Part shown: positions 1-10,508 of the stretch, piece by piece
Position numbering within the stretch: position 1 is the first letter of the stretch
Layout: every line of letters begins with the position of its first letter
From: Escherichia coli
Lineage (GTDB): Bacteria; Pseudomonadota; Gammaproteobacteria; Enterobacterales; Enterobacteriaceae
Assembly (NCBI RefSeq): GCF_030013205.1
Contig: NZ_CP122648.1
DNA: 64,000 nt
Reading direction: 5' to 3' (one strand)
Notes under the pieces: generated by a model
Told to the model about the DNA's origin: nothing
Databases searched by the model: none
The model's input: the letters and a program-made list of their open reading frames with translations, nothing else
Program-made: the position numbers and the translations under genes

Positions 1-271
1 AAAGATCTTCGGGTTGATAAGCGTGAAACCAGTAACCTTTTTCTTCTTCGGGAGTTTCTGGTCCGTCGGCGCGGAAAGTGGTTACGGGAGGGATTTGTAT
101 ATACCCATAATGACAACGTGCAAACTCAGATATATTTTTCCTGATTTGTTGATAGGTGGCATTAAAAGCATGAAGAATCGCTTCGCCAGGTTTTTTGGGG
201 GTGATGATTTCACATTGTGATTTCTGAACAGCAGTAAGAGATTTACGCTCAAGTGTTTGCCGTAGATGTTC
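1..271 (-). CDS. Partial ORF of unknown function; 5' part cut off by IS1, 3' end beyond window
   Basis: The minus-strand frame stays open for about 90 codons from the IS1 boundary to position 1 (...ITPKKPGEAILHAFNATYQQIRKNISEFARCHYGYIQIPPVTTFRADGPETPEEEKGYWFHAYQPEDL). It is absent from the ORF track because it has no stop in the window. No family recognised. Confidence 0.4.
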
Positions 272-328
272 TGGGTGATGCTGCCAACTTACTGATTTAG
301 TGTATGATGGTGTTTTTGAGGTGCTCCA

Positions 329-604
329 GTGGCTTCTGTTTCTATCAGCTGTCCCTCCTGTTCAGCTACTGACGGGGTGGTGCGTAACGGCAAAAGCACC
401 GCCGGACATCAGCGCTATCTCTGCTCTCACTGCCGTAAAACATGGCAACTACAGTTCACTTACGCCGCCTCTCAGCCCGGTACGCACCAGAAAATCATTG
501 ATATGGCCATGAATGGCGTCGGATGTCGCGCCAGTGCACGCATTATTGGCGTTGGCCTCAACACGATTTTCCGCCACTTAAAAAACTCAGGCCGCAGTCG
601 GTAA
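329..604 (+). CDS. insA: IS1 InsA
   Basis: 91-aa [46 protein letters not shown]..., which is the IS1 InsA zinc-finger/HTH protein. An A6C slippery run lies at 580-586 near its 3' end. Confidence 0.9.
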   Translation: MASVSISCPSCSATDGVVRNGKSTAGHQRYLCSHCRKTWQLQFTYAASQPGTHQKIIDMAMNGVGCRASARIIGVGLNTIFRHLKNSGRSR

Positions 605-1026
605 CCTCGCGCATACAACCGGGCAGTGATGTGATTGTCTGCGCTGAAATGGACGAACAGTGGGGCTACGTCGGTGCTAAATCACGTCAGCGCTGGCTGT
701 TTTACGCGTATGACAGGATGCGGAGGACGGTTGTGGCGCACGTCTTCGGTGAACGCACTCTGGCCACACTGGAGCGTCTTCTGAGCCTGCTGTCGGCCTT
801 TGAGGTCGTGGTATGGATGACGGATGGCTGGCCGCTGTATGAATCACGCCTGAAGGGAAAGCTGCACGTTATCAGCAAGCGTTATACTCAGCGCATTGAG
901 CGGCATAACCTGAATCTGAGACAACATCTGGCAAGGCTGGGACGGAAGTCACTGTCGTTCTCAAAATCGGTGGAGCTGCATGACAAGGTCATCGGGCATT
1001 ATCTGAACATAAAACACTATCAGTAA
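523..1026 (+). CDS. insB: IS1 InsB frame (expressed as InsAB' transposase by -1 frameshift)
   Basis: 167-aa ORF ending ...[19 protein letters not shown]. It matches IS1 InsB from memory and overlaps the insA 3' end in the -1 frame. Confidence 0.85.
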   Translation: MSRQCTHYWRWPQHDFPPLKKLRPQSVTSRIQPGSDVIVCAEMDEQWGYVGAKSRQRWLFYAYDRMRRTVVAHVFGERTLATLERLLSLLSAFEVVVWMTDGWPLYESRLKGKLHVISKRYTQRIERHNLNLRQHLARLGRKSLSFSKSVELHDKVIGHYLNIKHYQ

Positions 1027-1036
1027 GTTGGAGTCA

Positions 1037-1648
1037 TTACCCAATTTTTGAACTGTCTTTAAGATGAATATTACGGATAAGAAAACGAATGTAGTTATCG
1101 TTTTTAGATTCCCAGTGCGTATATTTACCAACTATGCTATTATTTTCTGACTGCCAGTGATCGAATGCTGTCTGTCCACTTATATTTTTATGATTAATGT
1201 CGCAACCAGCCTCAATTAGTGCATCGTACACATATCCTTCAAATGGAATGAAAAGAAAGGAATTGCCATAGCTATCTTTGGTATGGATATCTAGTCCTGC
1301 TTTGATAAGATATTTTACTAACCCTGGTGAAACATCAATATGTTGAATCGCAAGGGTGCCTGACTTATTCCGGTGGTTAACATTAATACCATTGCTGACA
1401 AGAAGTTCCACTGTTTCAACATTTTGAGCATAGAATAATGCATTATTACCGTCATTATCCAAGTGGTGAATGTCAATGTCAGCGTCAATCATTGCCTGTA
1501 TAGCTTCAGGTACATTACAGGTAAAAAGAGCAGTTTGACCTTTACTATTGCACATATTTATATCCATGCCAGCCTTAAGGCAACGAAGGACACCATTTTT
1601 AGACTTTACACGGAATAGGTTATTTTTATTATTTTCTCTTGATATCAT
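1037..1648 (-). CDS. Ankyrin-repeat protein (203 aa); its stop codon is supplied by the IS1 end
   Basis: Tandem ~33-aa ANK-like units (KGQTALFTC..., DGNNALFYAQNVETVELLVSNGINVNHRNKSGTLAI..., YGNSFLF..EAGCDINHKNISGQTAF). RBS aaggag lies 7 nt upstream of the ATG at 1648. The gene is AT-rich. The ORF crosses the IS1 boundary (1041/1042) two codons before its stop. Confidence 0.8.
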   Translation of the reverse strand: MISRENNKNNLFRVKSKNGVLRCLKAGMDINMCNSKGQTALFTCNVPEAIQAMIDADIDIHHLDNDGNNALFYAQNVETVELLVSNGINVNHRNKSGTLAIQHIDVSPGLVKYLIKAGLDIHTKDSYGNSFLFIPFEGYVYDALIEAGCDINHKNISGQTAFDHWQSENNSIVGKYTHWESKNDNYIRFLIRNIHLKDSSKIG

Positions 1649-2112
1649 TGTTTATCTCCTTTTTTGTTGTTTTCAAGATATTAATGACACCAGATTTTAC
1701 GGTATTCAAATTTATTTTTGTTTTATTAGGGGGTATCTGATTTGGTTTGCTTAAGGTTATTCTTAACTTAATGGAACATAGGGACGTTAAGGTTATCCTA
1801 TGTGATGTGGATTAACCATTTTCACAAGAATATTTATCCATATTGGAACTAATCTGTATAAAGGAGATAATTAGAGGCTCAGATATTAATACTATAGAGA
1901 GTAATGCTATAGGATATGGAAAAGATCATGTAATATAATGGTGGTTATTAATGTTCATCTTAATTTTGGAAATTAAATGAGTAGTGTTTTTTATGAGGTT
2001 TTTTGCTGTTGATAATTCTTATTAAAATTTGAAGAGCATCCTTTAAGTTATTCGGCTTGAGGATGCTCATTTAAAATTTAAGCAGCGTAGTCTTTTTCAA
2101 CAGCCAGGAAGG

Positions 2113-2847
2113 GGTGATGCTGCCAACTTACTGATTTAGTGTATGATGGTGTTTTTGAGGTGCTCCAGTGGCTTCTGTTTATATCAGCTGTCCCTCCTGT
2201 TCAGCTACTGACGGGGTGGTGCGTAACGGTAAAAGTACTGCCGGACATCAGCGCTATCTCTGCTCTCACTGCCGTAAAACATGGCAACTGCAGTTCACTT
2301 ACACCGCTTCTCAACCCGGTACGCACCAGAAAATCATTGATATGGCCATGAATGGCGTTGGCCTCAACACGATTTTACGTCACTTAAAAAACTCAGGCCG
2401 CAGTCGGCAACCTCGCGCATACAGCCGGGCAGTGACATCATCGTCTGCGCGGAAATGGACGAACAGTGGGGCTACGTCGGGGCTAAATCGCGGCAGCGCT
2501 GGCTGTTTTACGCGTATGACAGGCTCTGGAAGACGGTTGTTGCGCACGTATTCGGTGAACGCACTATAGCGACGCTGGAGCGTCTTATGAGCCTGCTGTC
2601 ACCCTTTGACGTGGTGATATGGATGACGGATGGCTGGCCGCTGTATGAATCCCGCCTGAAGGGAAAGCTGCATGTAATCAGCAAGCGATATACGCAGCGA
2701 ATTGAGCGGCATAACCTGAATCTGAGGCAGCATCTGGCACGGCTGGGACGGAAGTCGCTGTCGTTCTCAAAATCGGTGGAGCTGCATGACAAAGTAATCG
2801 GGCATTATCTGAACATAAAACACTATCAATAAGTTGGGACCATTACC
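2113..2847 (+). mobile_element. IS1 copy 2 (735 bp, internally deleted; same orientation as copy 1)
   Basis: It has the same terminal repeats as copy 1. It lacks 33 bp relative to copy 1 (the [11 protein letters not shown] segment of InsA), between short ggcgt repeats. The flanking 9-mers (ccaggaagg vs aaatagttt) differ. Confidence 0.9.
2168..2832 (+). pseudogene. Defective IS1 transposase genes (insA with 11-codon deletion and lost stop; insB frame)
   Basis: The insA stop TAA of copy 1 (cagtcggTAAcc) reads CAA here (cagtcggCAAcc). InsA therefore reads through to a 133-aa product. The insB frame only opens from an internal Met (2455). Confidence 0.7.
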
Positions 2848-2877
2848 AAATAGTTTATATGCTAAAAATTTAGGGAA

Positions 2878-5800
2878 TCATTTTCCTAATTCTCCAGCTA
2901 AAAGTTCAGCCTGCTTCAAAACAGTCTCTGTGGCGAGCAATGACATATCAGGCGGATAACCATATTTTTTGAGCAGACGTTTTACCACCACGCGAATTTT
3001 TGCTCTTGCTGCTTCTTTCACTGTCCAGTCAAGACTGACATTGTTGCGGATAGCCTCCGTAAGTACGACTGCCAGTTCTCGTAGTTTTTCCTTTTCCATT
3101 AACTCGCGAGCACTGTCGTTATCTGCAACAGCAGAATAGAAGGCATATTCATAAGCGCTGAGGTTTAACTGGCTGGCAAGGCTGTCAGATTCCTGGATAG
3201 TCTTGGCAAGCTTGATTAGCTCATCAATTACCTCCGCTGCGGTCAGTACCTTGTTCTGGTAGCCATTGATTGCAGAGGTCAGCATATCAATCAGTTTTTT
3301 GCCTTGGGTGATACTTTGATTCGAGCGAACCTTGATCTCGTCAGAAAGCAGTTTTTTAAGCGTTTCCAAAGCAATATTTCTGTGTTGGTAATCCTTCATT
3401 TCCTGAAGGAATTCTTCAGAAAGAACGGAAATATCAGGTTTTTGTATCCCAGCAGCGTCAAAAATATCAACAACTTTATCGGTAACCAGAGCCTGATCGA
3501 TAGTCTGTTTTACCCGAACTTCGAGACTGTCATTGTGTTCTTCTTCTGATCCGTCTGAGTTTTCAGTAAATTTATTCAGTCTGGCTTTTACTGCCTGGAA
3601 GAATGCTACTTCGGGTGCCGCTTCCATTGCTTTATCGTGCGGTGTCGCCAATGCAAATGCCTGCGATAAGGCTGCAACCGCAGCGAGGAAACGCATTTTA
3701 CCTTTACCGTTATCCAGCCCTAAAATATGGTTTTCTGATTCAAGAATAATTGTCAGGCGTTGTGAGGTAGTTGCGGCAAAGTAAGCTTTGTAATCGTATC
3801 CATGCATCATGCCTTCCAGGATTTCCAGCTTTTCCTGCATGAGCGTTACGGCTTCTTCCTGAACCTCAGCAGGATCTCCACGTCCACCTGCATCAGAGTA
3901 AAAGGAGAGGGCTTCTTTTAAATCAGAGGCAATGCCCAGATAGTCAACAACCAGACCGCCTATCTTATCTTTATACACACGGTTCACACGGGCAATTGCC
4001 TGCATAAGGTTGTGGCCTTTCATTGGTTTGTCGATATACAGCGTATGCATGCTGGGAGCGTCGAAGCCGGTTAACCACATATCACGCACTATCACCAGTT
4101 TCAGCTTGTCGTCGTCATCCTTCATACGGTTAGCCAGAACCTGACGTTCTTTTTTTGTGGTGTGGTGTTTGGCAATTTCTGGCCCGTCAGCAGCAGAAGA
4201 GGTCATGACGACTTTTATTATACCGTCATTTAAATCATCGCTGTGCCATTCAGGTTTTAAGGCTATGATTTCTTTATATAGTTCAGCAGCAATACGGCGG
4301 GACATGGTAACAATCATGCCCTTACCATGATCGGCATTGGATTTTAAGCGCTGCTCAAAGTGCAGAACCATATCCGCCGCAATCGCTTTAATACGTTTTG
4401 AACTGCCAATCAAACCTTCGATTCTGGCCCATTTAGAACGTTCTTTTTGCGTGAGCGTCAGTTCGTCCTCGTTAAACTCATCATCAAAGTCTTCAATAAG
4501 CTGACGACCTTCATCACTGATGGCAATTTTGGCAAGACGGCTTTCATAAAAGATACGAACTGTTGCACCATCTTCAACGGCCTGCGAGATATCGTAGATA
4601 TCAACATAGTTACCAAAAACAGCAGGCGTGTTGACGTCCGTTTTTTCTATGGGGGTTCCGGTAAAGCCGAGATAGGTCGCATTAGGTAAGGCATCACGCA
4701 TATATTTGGCAAAGCCGTAAACGGTGCGTTTACCTGTTACGTTGCCTTCGCTGTCTTTCACGTCAACTTCTTTGGCGCTGAAACCGTACTGGGAACGGTG
4801 TGCTTCATCAGCGATAACGACAATATTGGTTCTGTCTGACAACAACTCATAGATATTGCTGCCATCATCAGGCTGGAATTTTTGAATAGTAGTAAACACC
4901 ACACCGCCAGAGGCGACACGCAAATATTCTTTGAGTTCTTCCCGGTTGTTGGCCTGTTTTGGTGTCTGACGAAGTAGCTGGGTCGCGGAAGAGAACGTAC
5001 CGAATAGCTGATCATCTAAGTCGTTACGGTCAGTAATCACAACAACTGTCGGATTATCCAGCGCCAGCACAATTTTCCCGGTATAAAACACCATCGAAAG
5101 CGATTTACCGGAACCCTGAGTATGCCAGACTACGCCCGCTTTGCGATCTCCGGTTTTTTGCGCATTAACAAGATCTTTACTGTTACGTCCCTGCTGGCGC
5201 AGTGCCACTTCGGCAGAGGGGGAGTCCGCATTCACCGCTGAGGCACGAATAGTGGAAAGAACTGCTGCATTGACCGCGTAGTACTGGTGATAAGCCGCCA
5301 TTTTTTAACAGTACGGATACTGATAATCCCTTTGCTGTCTTCATGTTTGCTGGCCTCAAACACGATAAAGTGGCGGATTATATCCAGCAGCGTTACAGGA
5401 TTAAGCAACCCCTGTAATAAAACTTCAAGCTGTGGTTGGGTACTGGTGGCTTGCGTTTTACCGTTAGCAGTTTTCCACGTCATATAACGACTGAAATCGG
5501 CAGAAACCGTCCCCGCTTTGGCTTCCAGCCCGTCAGATATCACATTAAAAGCATTGTAGTTAAACAGACCGGGGATTTGGTTCTGATAGGTTTTAATCTG
5601 ATTATAGGCACCTGTTACCGTTGCATTTTCGTCAGCGGCATTTTTAAGTTCGATAACGACTAATGGCAGGCCATTGATGAATAAAATAAGATCAGGTCGG
5701 CGGGTATGGTTGCCTTCTTTGATGGTGAGCTGATTAATGACCAGAAATGCATTATTAGTGGGATCGTTAAAGTCGATCAGGCTGGCCAGTTCTCCTTGTG

Positions 5801-6116
5801 TATTACCATCCTTGCTGACTTCGATATTGATTCCTTCGGTCAAAAGGCGATGAAAGGTTAGATTGTTTGCCATTAGGTCAGGTGAGCTGATCTGCATCAC
5901 CTGTTTTAGAGCTTCTTCACACTTCTGCTCACTAAGGTGCGGGTTAATTCGTTGCAATGCTGTACGCACTTTATCTTCAAGGATAACCTGCTGATAGCTA
6001 CGTAACGGATTGATTCCACTGGGTTCAATGTCCGGGCCGTAAACATACTCATAGCCCAGCCCTTGCAGGTGCTCAATTGCCATTACTTCAATATCGGATT
6101 CGGTCATCTTTGCCAT
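2878..6116 (-). pseudogene. hsdR: Type I restriction enzyme R subunit HsdR, split by a frameshift in a homopolymer (fragments 5232-6116 and 2878-5301)
   Basis: The N-terminal fragment carries the PD-(D/E)xK nuclease motif (RRPDLILFINGLPLVVIELK). The C-terminal fragment carries helicase motifs ([25 protein letters not shown]). The frames join at ...SIRTVKK|[11 protein letters not shown] across a run of six T (plus strand 5301-5306). One extra base would give about 1079 aa. Confidence 0.85.
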
Positions 6117-6174
6117 GCGTACTGTCCTTATTGCCGCTTAACCAGAGAGCGGGCTGTACACCCGCATAATTATT

Positions 6175-7368
6175 TTATGCTACTGATGCGATTGCTTCTT
6201 CCGCATACTGAACCCGTACTTCGCCGCTCATCAGTTTGGGAAGGAGAGTGTCGCGCAGAGATTCTATGTTTTTAATTTGTGAGTTGTTAATACTTATTTT
6301 TTTCCAGAAGAAATCAATCTGTGTAGTGAATTCTTTCACCATACACTCCGGGGGGAGTTTGAATTCTGGGCGTTGTAATCCGTCAGCCGACAGCTGATTT
6401 ACAGTTGAACCGTTAGTTGCAGCAACAACTTGCTCATGCATATCTTTGGAGCAAAGTAAATAGTACAGAAAAGCATTGGTTAAGTAACTATCGTCATTGA
6501 TGCTGATTTTAAATAAATGATGCGTATATATGGATAATTCGCTTTCTGTTTTTGGAATTATAGCAGGATACCCTATGAGTCGATATTCATGGCCCTGTTC
6601 TGTATTGGCTACAATGATATCCCCAGGCTTTATAATATGCCTTTCTTTAAAATCACCATTGTAGTATTTTATACCTGCACTCTTATAACCACCGCCCTCA
6701 AGTACTGAGTTCAAACTAAAAAGTGGAATGCCGTTATCTGACGTGGTAAGGCCGGCTCCCTTGTAGCTTAATCCCTTAGCTACTGTAATATGACAATCAA
6801 GAGTCGTTATTTCCCAATCCGCATGCGTCTCTTCAATAAACCACTGTCTAAATAGGGTTTCTGCCATGGATTCCAGAGTTTTATTCTGGCGATGAAGCAG
6901 GTCTATTTTGTCTTTAAGAGAGGACAAAATAGAGGCGATGGCTTTTTGTTCAGATTCATCAATTGGTAAGTAAAGAGGAATCAAATTTAGCGATGCTTTA
7001 TTTAATTTTGGTTGAGCAGCACCTGTTAAATAAGGAGATAGATCAAGTTGTGAAAAATATTGGATTATCAATGCCGTTAAATGGGGCTTTTTAGCTTTAA
7101 GGACATGAGCGTGATTATTAACCCAAAATTTTCCAGTAGCTTCAAATGCTATAGGTGTTTTTCTGGACTTTAAGTTTTCTCCATCTTCAGAAATAAGGAT
7201 GTAGCTGCCATCAAAAATATAATTGTCGATATAATCGACAATTCCTGACGCTCCATAATATGGAAAATTTCCTTTCTTATGGGCTCGTTCCATAGCACTC
7301 AAAGGAATTCTTTGTGCGTTGCAAAAATCTGCTAATTCAGTTATACAAAAATTTCTCCACCTACTCAT
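6175..7368 (-). CDS. hsdS: Type I R-M specificity subunit HsdS
   Basis: 397 aa with two variable target-recognition halves. These are separated and followed by conserved coiled-coil spacers (...[26 protein letters not shown]... and ...[19 protein letters not shown]). The ATGA overlap with the hsdM stop is typical of the operon. Confidence 0.85.
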   Translation of the reverse strand: MSRWRNFCITELADFCNAQRIPLSAMERAHKKGNFPYYGASGIVDYIDNYIFDGSYILISEDGENLKSRKTPIAFEATGKFWVNNHAHVLKAKKPHLTALIIQYFSQLDLSPYLTGAAQPKLNKASLNLIPLYLPIDESEQKAIASILSSLKDKIDLLHRQNKTLESMAETLFRQWFIEETHADWEITTLDCHITVAKGLSYKGAGLTTSDNGIPLFSLNSVLEGGGYKSAGIKYYNGDFKERHIIKPGDIIVANTEQGHEYRLIGYPAIIPKTESELSIYTHHLFKISINDDSYLTNAFLYYLLCSKDMHEQVVAATNGSTVNQLSADGLQRPEFKLPPECMVKEFTTQIDFFWKKISINNSQIKNIESLRDTLLPKLMSGEVRVQYAEEAIASVA

Positions 7369-8912
7369 AAAACCACCTTCGCCAGATTATCAACGATGGC
7401 TCTGTTCAGACGCGCCTCTTCTTCCAGTTGCGCTTCAAACTCAGCTTTAAGAGCCGTAAAGCGTTCTTTAAAGTCGAAATCGTCTTCTTCATCAGCAAGA
7501 CCAACATAACGGCCAGGTGTCAGCACATAATCGAGTTTAGCAACTTCAGCAATGTCTACTGACGCACAGAAACCAGCGACGTCTTCGTAGTCGCCACCTT
7601 TGTTACGCCAGTTATGATAGGTATCAGCGATGGTTTTTATATCGTCGTCAGAAAGTACTTTGGTACGACGATTAATTAAATGACCGAGATTACGGGCATC
7701 AATAAACAGAATTTCTTTACTACGATCACGATACTGGTTGCTGTTATGACGGTCACGGCGCATAAACCATAATGCAGCAGGGATCTGAGTATTCAGGAAC
7801 AGCTTTGCCGGTAAGTTGACGATACAGTCAATCACATTGGCATCTTTTACCAGTGCAGCACGAATATCACCTTCACCAGAGCTTTTAGAAGTTAATGCCC
7901 CTTTTGCCAGAACAACACCCGCTTGCCCTTTAGGAGACAAGTGATACAAAAAATGTTGCATCCATGCAAAGTTAGCGTTGCCAGCAGGTGGAATGCCATA
8001 TTGCCAGCGGGCATCACCACGAAGCTGCTCACCAGACCAGTCGGAAACGTTAAACGGTGGGTTAGCTATGATAAAATCAGATTTCAAATCTTTGTGAGCA
8101 TCGTTAAGAAATGAACCTTCATTATTCCAGCGAACGTGTTCAGAATTAATCCCACGAATTGCCAGGTTCATTTTTGCCAGACGCCAAGTGGTCTGGTTGG
8201 ACTCCTGCCCATAGATCGAAATATCGTCAATATTTCCCTGATGTGCTTCTACAAATTTTTCTGACTGAACGAACATACCACCAGAACCACAGCAGGGATC
8301 AAAGACACGGCCTTTATAGGGTTCCAGCATGTTAACCAGCAGGCTTACAATAGATTTTGGCGTATAGAACTGGCCGCCTTGTTTGCCTTCTGCCAGTGCA
8401 AATTCACCTAGGAAGTATTCGAATACGTGACCTAAAACGTCAGCAGAGCGTGCTTTGGCATCTCCTAGTGCAATGTTGCCAATCAGATCTATCAGCTCAC
8501 CCAGAACAGTGGCGTCGAGGTTTTGTCGGGCATAGACTTTCGGCAACACACCTTTTAACTGTGGATTGCCCGCTTCGATAAGCTCCATCGCATCATCAAC
8601 CATCTTACCGATTTCAGGAAGCTTGGCCTTAGAAATCAGATAGTTCCAACGTGCAAGCTCAGGGACAAAGAAAACGTTGTAAGCGGTGTACTCGTCTTTG
8701 TCTTCCGGATCAGCACCTGCGAACTCGCCTTTACCGGCTTTCAGCAACTCATAATGAGATTCAAAAGAATCAGAAATGTACTTAAGGAAAATGAGGCCTA
8801 GTACGACGTGCTTGTACTCGGCTGCATCAATGTTTTTACGCAGTTTGTCTGCCGCTTTCCACAGGATGACCTCTAACGGGTCTGTTTTGATTTCTTTAGG
8901 TTTTCTGGCCAT
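7365..8912 (-). CDS. hsdM: Type I R-M N6-adenine DNA methyltransferase HsdM
   Basis: 515 aa. It has the HsdM N-terminal region (LWKAADKLR...[16 protein letters not shown]), the SAM motif [10 protein letters not shown] and the catalytic NPPF. Confidence 0.93.
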   Translation of the reverse strand: MARKPKEIKTDPLEVILWKAADKLRKNIDAAEYKHVVLGLIFLKYISDSFESHYELLKAGKGEFAGADPEDKDEYTAYNVFFVPELARWNYLISKAKLPEIGKMVDDAMELIEAGNPQLKGVLPKVYARQNLDATVLGELIDLIGNIALGDAKARSADVLGHVFEYFLGEFALAEGKQGGQFYTPKSIVSLLVNMLEPYKGRVFDPCCGSGGMFVQSEKFVEAHQGNIDDISIYGQESNQTTWRLAKMNLAIRGINSEHVRWNNEGSFLNDAHKDLKSDFIIANPPFNVSDWSGEQLRGDARWQYGIPPAGNANFAWMQHFLYHLSPKGQAGVVLAKGALTSKSSGEGDIRAALVKDANVIDCIVNLPAKLFLNTQIPAALWFMRRDRHNSNQYRDRSKEILFIDARNLGHLINRRTKVLSDDDIKTIADTYHNWRNKGGDYEDVAGFCASVDIAEVAKLDYVLTPGRYVGLADEEDDFDFKERFTALKAEFEAQLEEEARLNRAIVDNLAKVVL

Positions 8913-9074
8913 TAGCGTAACCTTATGAAGGGGGAAGATGGCCCTATTTTGCCTTAAAGTTCCGCTTGTTACGAGCTTATACAGCGATTAATTATTATCT
9001 GGTTTTAGTGTGTTCGTGTAGCTCAGCAAGTGCAATGACTCATGGAGTAAATGCTTTGTAGCGGGATTGTAGAT

Positions 9075-9422
9075 GTCAGGTCATTGCCGTCAATGGAGCC
9101 AGTGTCATTGGCATAATTGCTGCACAGCCGATGCCACGCGCACATTCGCTAGTTCACTGTGGTTCATCGTGTGTACTACACCAGTACGCAGTCCGGGAAG
9201 TAACGGCATGGCAGAATCGTTTGTAAAGACGTTCAAGCGGGATTATGTGTACGTAGATGATCTGCTGGATGCAGTCTAAATGATGGAAACAATGGCAGAA
9301 TAGATAGAGGATTATAATAATCTGCATCCACACAAGGGGTTGAACATGAAATCGCCACGCGAATATCGTGATGCCATATTAGCAGTTAATTAGCCGTGTC
9401 CGTTTTAGCAGGGACAACTCCA
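9075..9422 (+). pseudogene. Remnant of an IS3-family (IS2-like) transposase 3' end with terminal repeat
   Basis: ...TRTFASSLWFIVCTTPVRSPGSNGMAESFVKTFKRDYV..., then after a stop/frame break ...EDYNNLHPHKGLNMKSPREYRDAIL. This parallels the IS2 OrfB C-terminus ([23 protein letters not shown]...HPHSALGYRSPREY). The element ends ...gggacaactcCA at 9422 (IS3-family TG...CA end). The 5' two-thirds of the IS is missing. Confidence 0.7.
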
Positions 9423-9733
9423 GTATTCAAAAAAGCTTTCTTAGTGCATATGCATGAGGTGAATAGATGTACAGGCTATGACAAACCATAGTTGTAATTT
9501 TTAATGTTTAAAATTCTCCGTTACAGTAGGACATTCCTTGTACATTAAATTCCATCTAAGGTTGAATTTTTAATTTAATAAGGTCGCAATCTAAAATGAT
9601 GTGTATGGGGTTATTTGTAAGATGATTTTTTATTTTTGATAGTGGTGATTAAGGGAGCGGGTAATGTTTGTCTATTCAAAAATATAGAGATTCAAGGTTG
9701 GTAGCAGTTTGGCTTCTTTTATAACCGAAGGGC

Positions 9734-9798
9734 AGAAAAGCAAGGGGAACTCGAAGAAGCAAGCGCAGCGGCTTCGCAGAGTTAGCCCTTGCTTCTCT
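9734..9798. repeat. Extended imperfect hairpin (about 65 nt) in an AT-rich spacer
   Basis: agaaaagcaaggg (9734-9746) pairs with cccttgcttctct (9786-9798) with one mismatch. Inner helices are aactc/gagtt and gaagc/gcttc. It is locally GC-richer than its surroundings. Confidence 0.6.
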
Positions 9799-9833
9799 TA
9801 TAATTGGCATTATTCATTCAAGAACAATAGGAT

Positions 9834-9853
9834 CTTCGCTTGTACAAGCGAAG
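9834..9853. repeat. Perfect 20-bp palindrome CTTCGCTTGT|ACAAGCGAAG
   Basis: Read directly from the sequence. It shares the gcttg/caagc core with the hairpin about 40 bp upstream. Confidence 0.85.
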
Positions 9854-10508
9854 CTATAATAAAAACAATCAATTAATAATTTTAAAAGTATTAAACAAGA
9901 ACCTATTGACATTCATAAAATACAAGTTATTTATAATGTATGCCATAAATAAAAAGTTTTATGTCATATGTATCCTGCACTATGTGCAGTTAATGTACCA
10001 CTTGTCCCATAGATGGGAATATTGGAAAGGTTACTTTGTTTTGAAGTAGCCTTTCGTCCTTCAATATTAACGATTACTTATTGCTATTACCAAGTCCAGT
10101 CGAATCGAAGAACATCTTTTATCTGAAACGACTCCTAATACCCGGTTAAAGCCACAATATCTCTCGCATACGTAGACCAAAGAAAAATTATGATATTAAC
10201 TATGTGATTTTTTTTAGTGTTAAGTTGAATAATTAAATACTGGAGAGTTTTCTGTGCACTACCAATTGCTGGTTCATCTGTTCTGCCGCTGATGTTTCTG
10301 ACGAATCTCCCGGTGACACAGAACTGTCCCTCTCTACCAGCCTTTATTCGACTCAATGTCCGGCTGCTGATACGCAGTTATCCCTTCGTATCAATGACTG
10401 ACACTTAAACGTAATGCTTTGGTTGCTGGCGTATCTGACAGCTTCTTCGGCGTGAAGGTCGTTGTGTAAGTATACTTCTTGGTTTATTTAGGCTATATAA
10501 AACCATGA

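Larger units (their letters stand above)
274..1041 (+). mobile_element. IS1 copy 1 (768 bp, apparently intact)
   Basis: Starts GGTGATGCTGCCAACTTACTGATTTAGTGTATGATGG and ends AAGTTGGAGTCATTACC, which are the canonical IS1 terminal inverted repeats. It contains the insA and insB frames. The flanking 9-mers (265-273 gatgttctg vs 1042-1050 caatttttg) differ, so there is no target-site duplication. Confidence 0.95.

Noticed and set aside
2508-2792. 94-aa minus-strand ORF within IS1 copy 2
   Set aside because: It is antisense to the insB frame of a known IS. This is not a known IS1 gene.
9073-9279. 68-aa ORF as an independent gene
   Set aside because: It is the frame-broken C-terminal piece of an IS2-like transposase. 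It is annotated as part of the IS remnant pseudogene instead.
9734-9798. Possibility that the extended hairpin is a retron msr/msd or other RT-associated ncRNA
   Set aside because: No reverse transcriptase or any other plausible partner ORF lies within several kb. It is kept only as an unexplained structured element or candidate protein-binding site.
9906-9937. Perfect TTGACA and TATAAT hexamers suggesting a strong promoter
   Set aside because: The spacer is 20 nt, whereas the optimum is 17 +/- 1. In such AT-rich DNA, hexamer matches are expected by chance, so it is not called as a promoter.
10135-10356. 73-aa minus-strand ORF downstream of the ParB genes; 69-aa ORF at 9840-10049
   Set aside because: Both start at non-ATG (TTG) codons and have no RBS. 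Their composition is low-complexity and AT-driven, and they have no recognisable motifs. They are probably non-coding.
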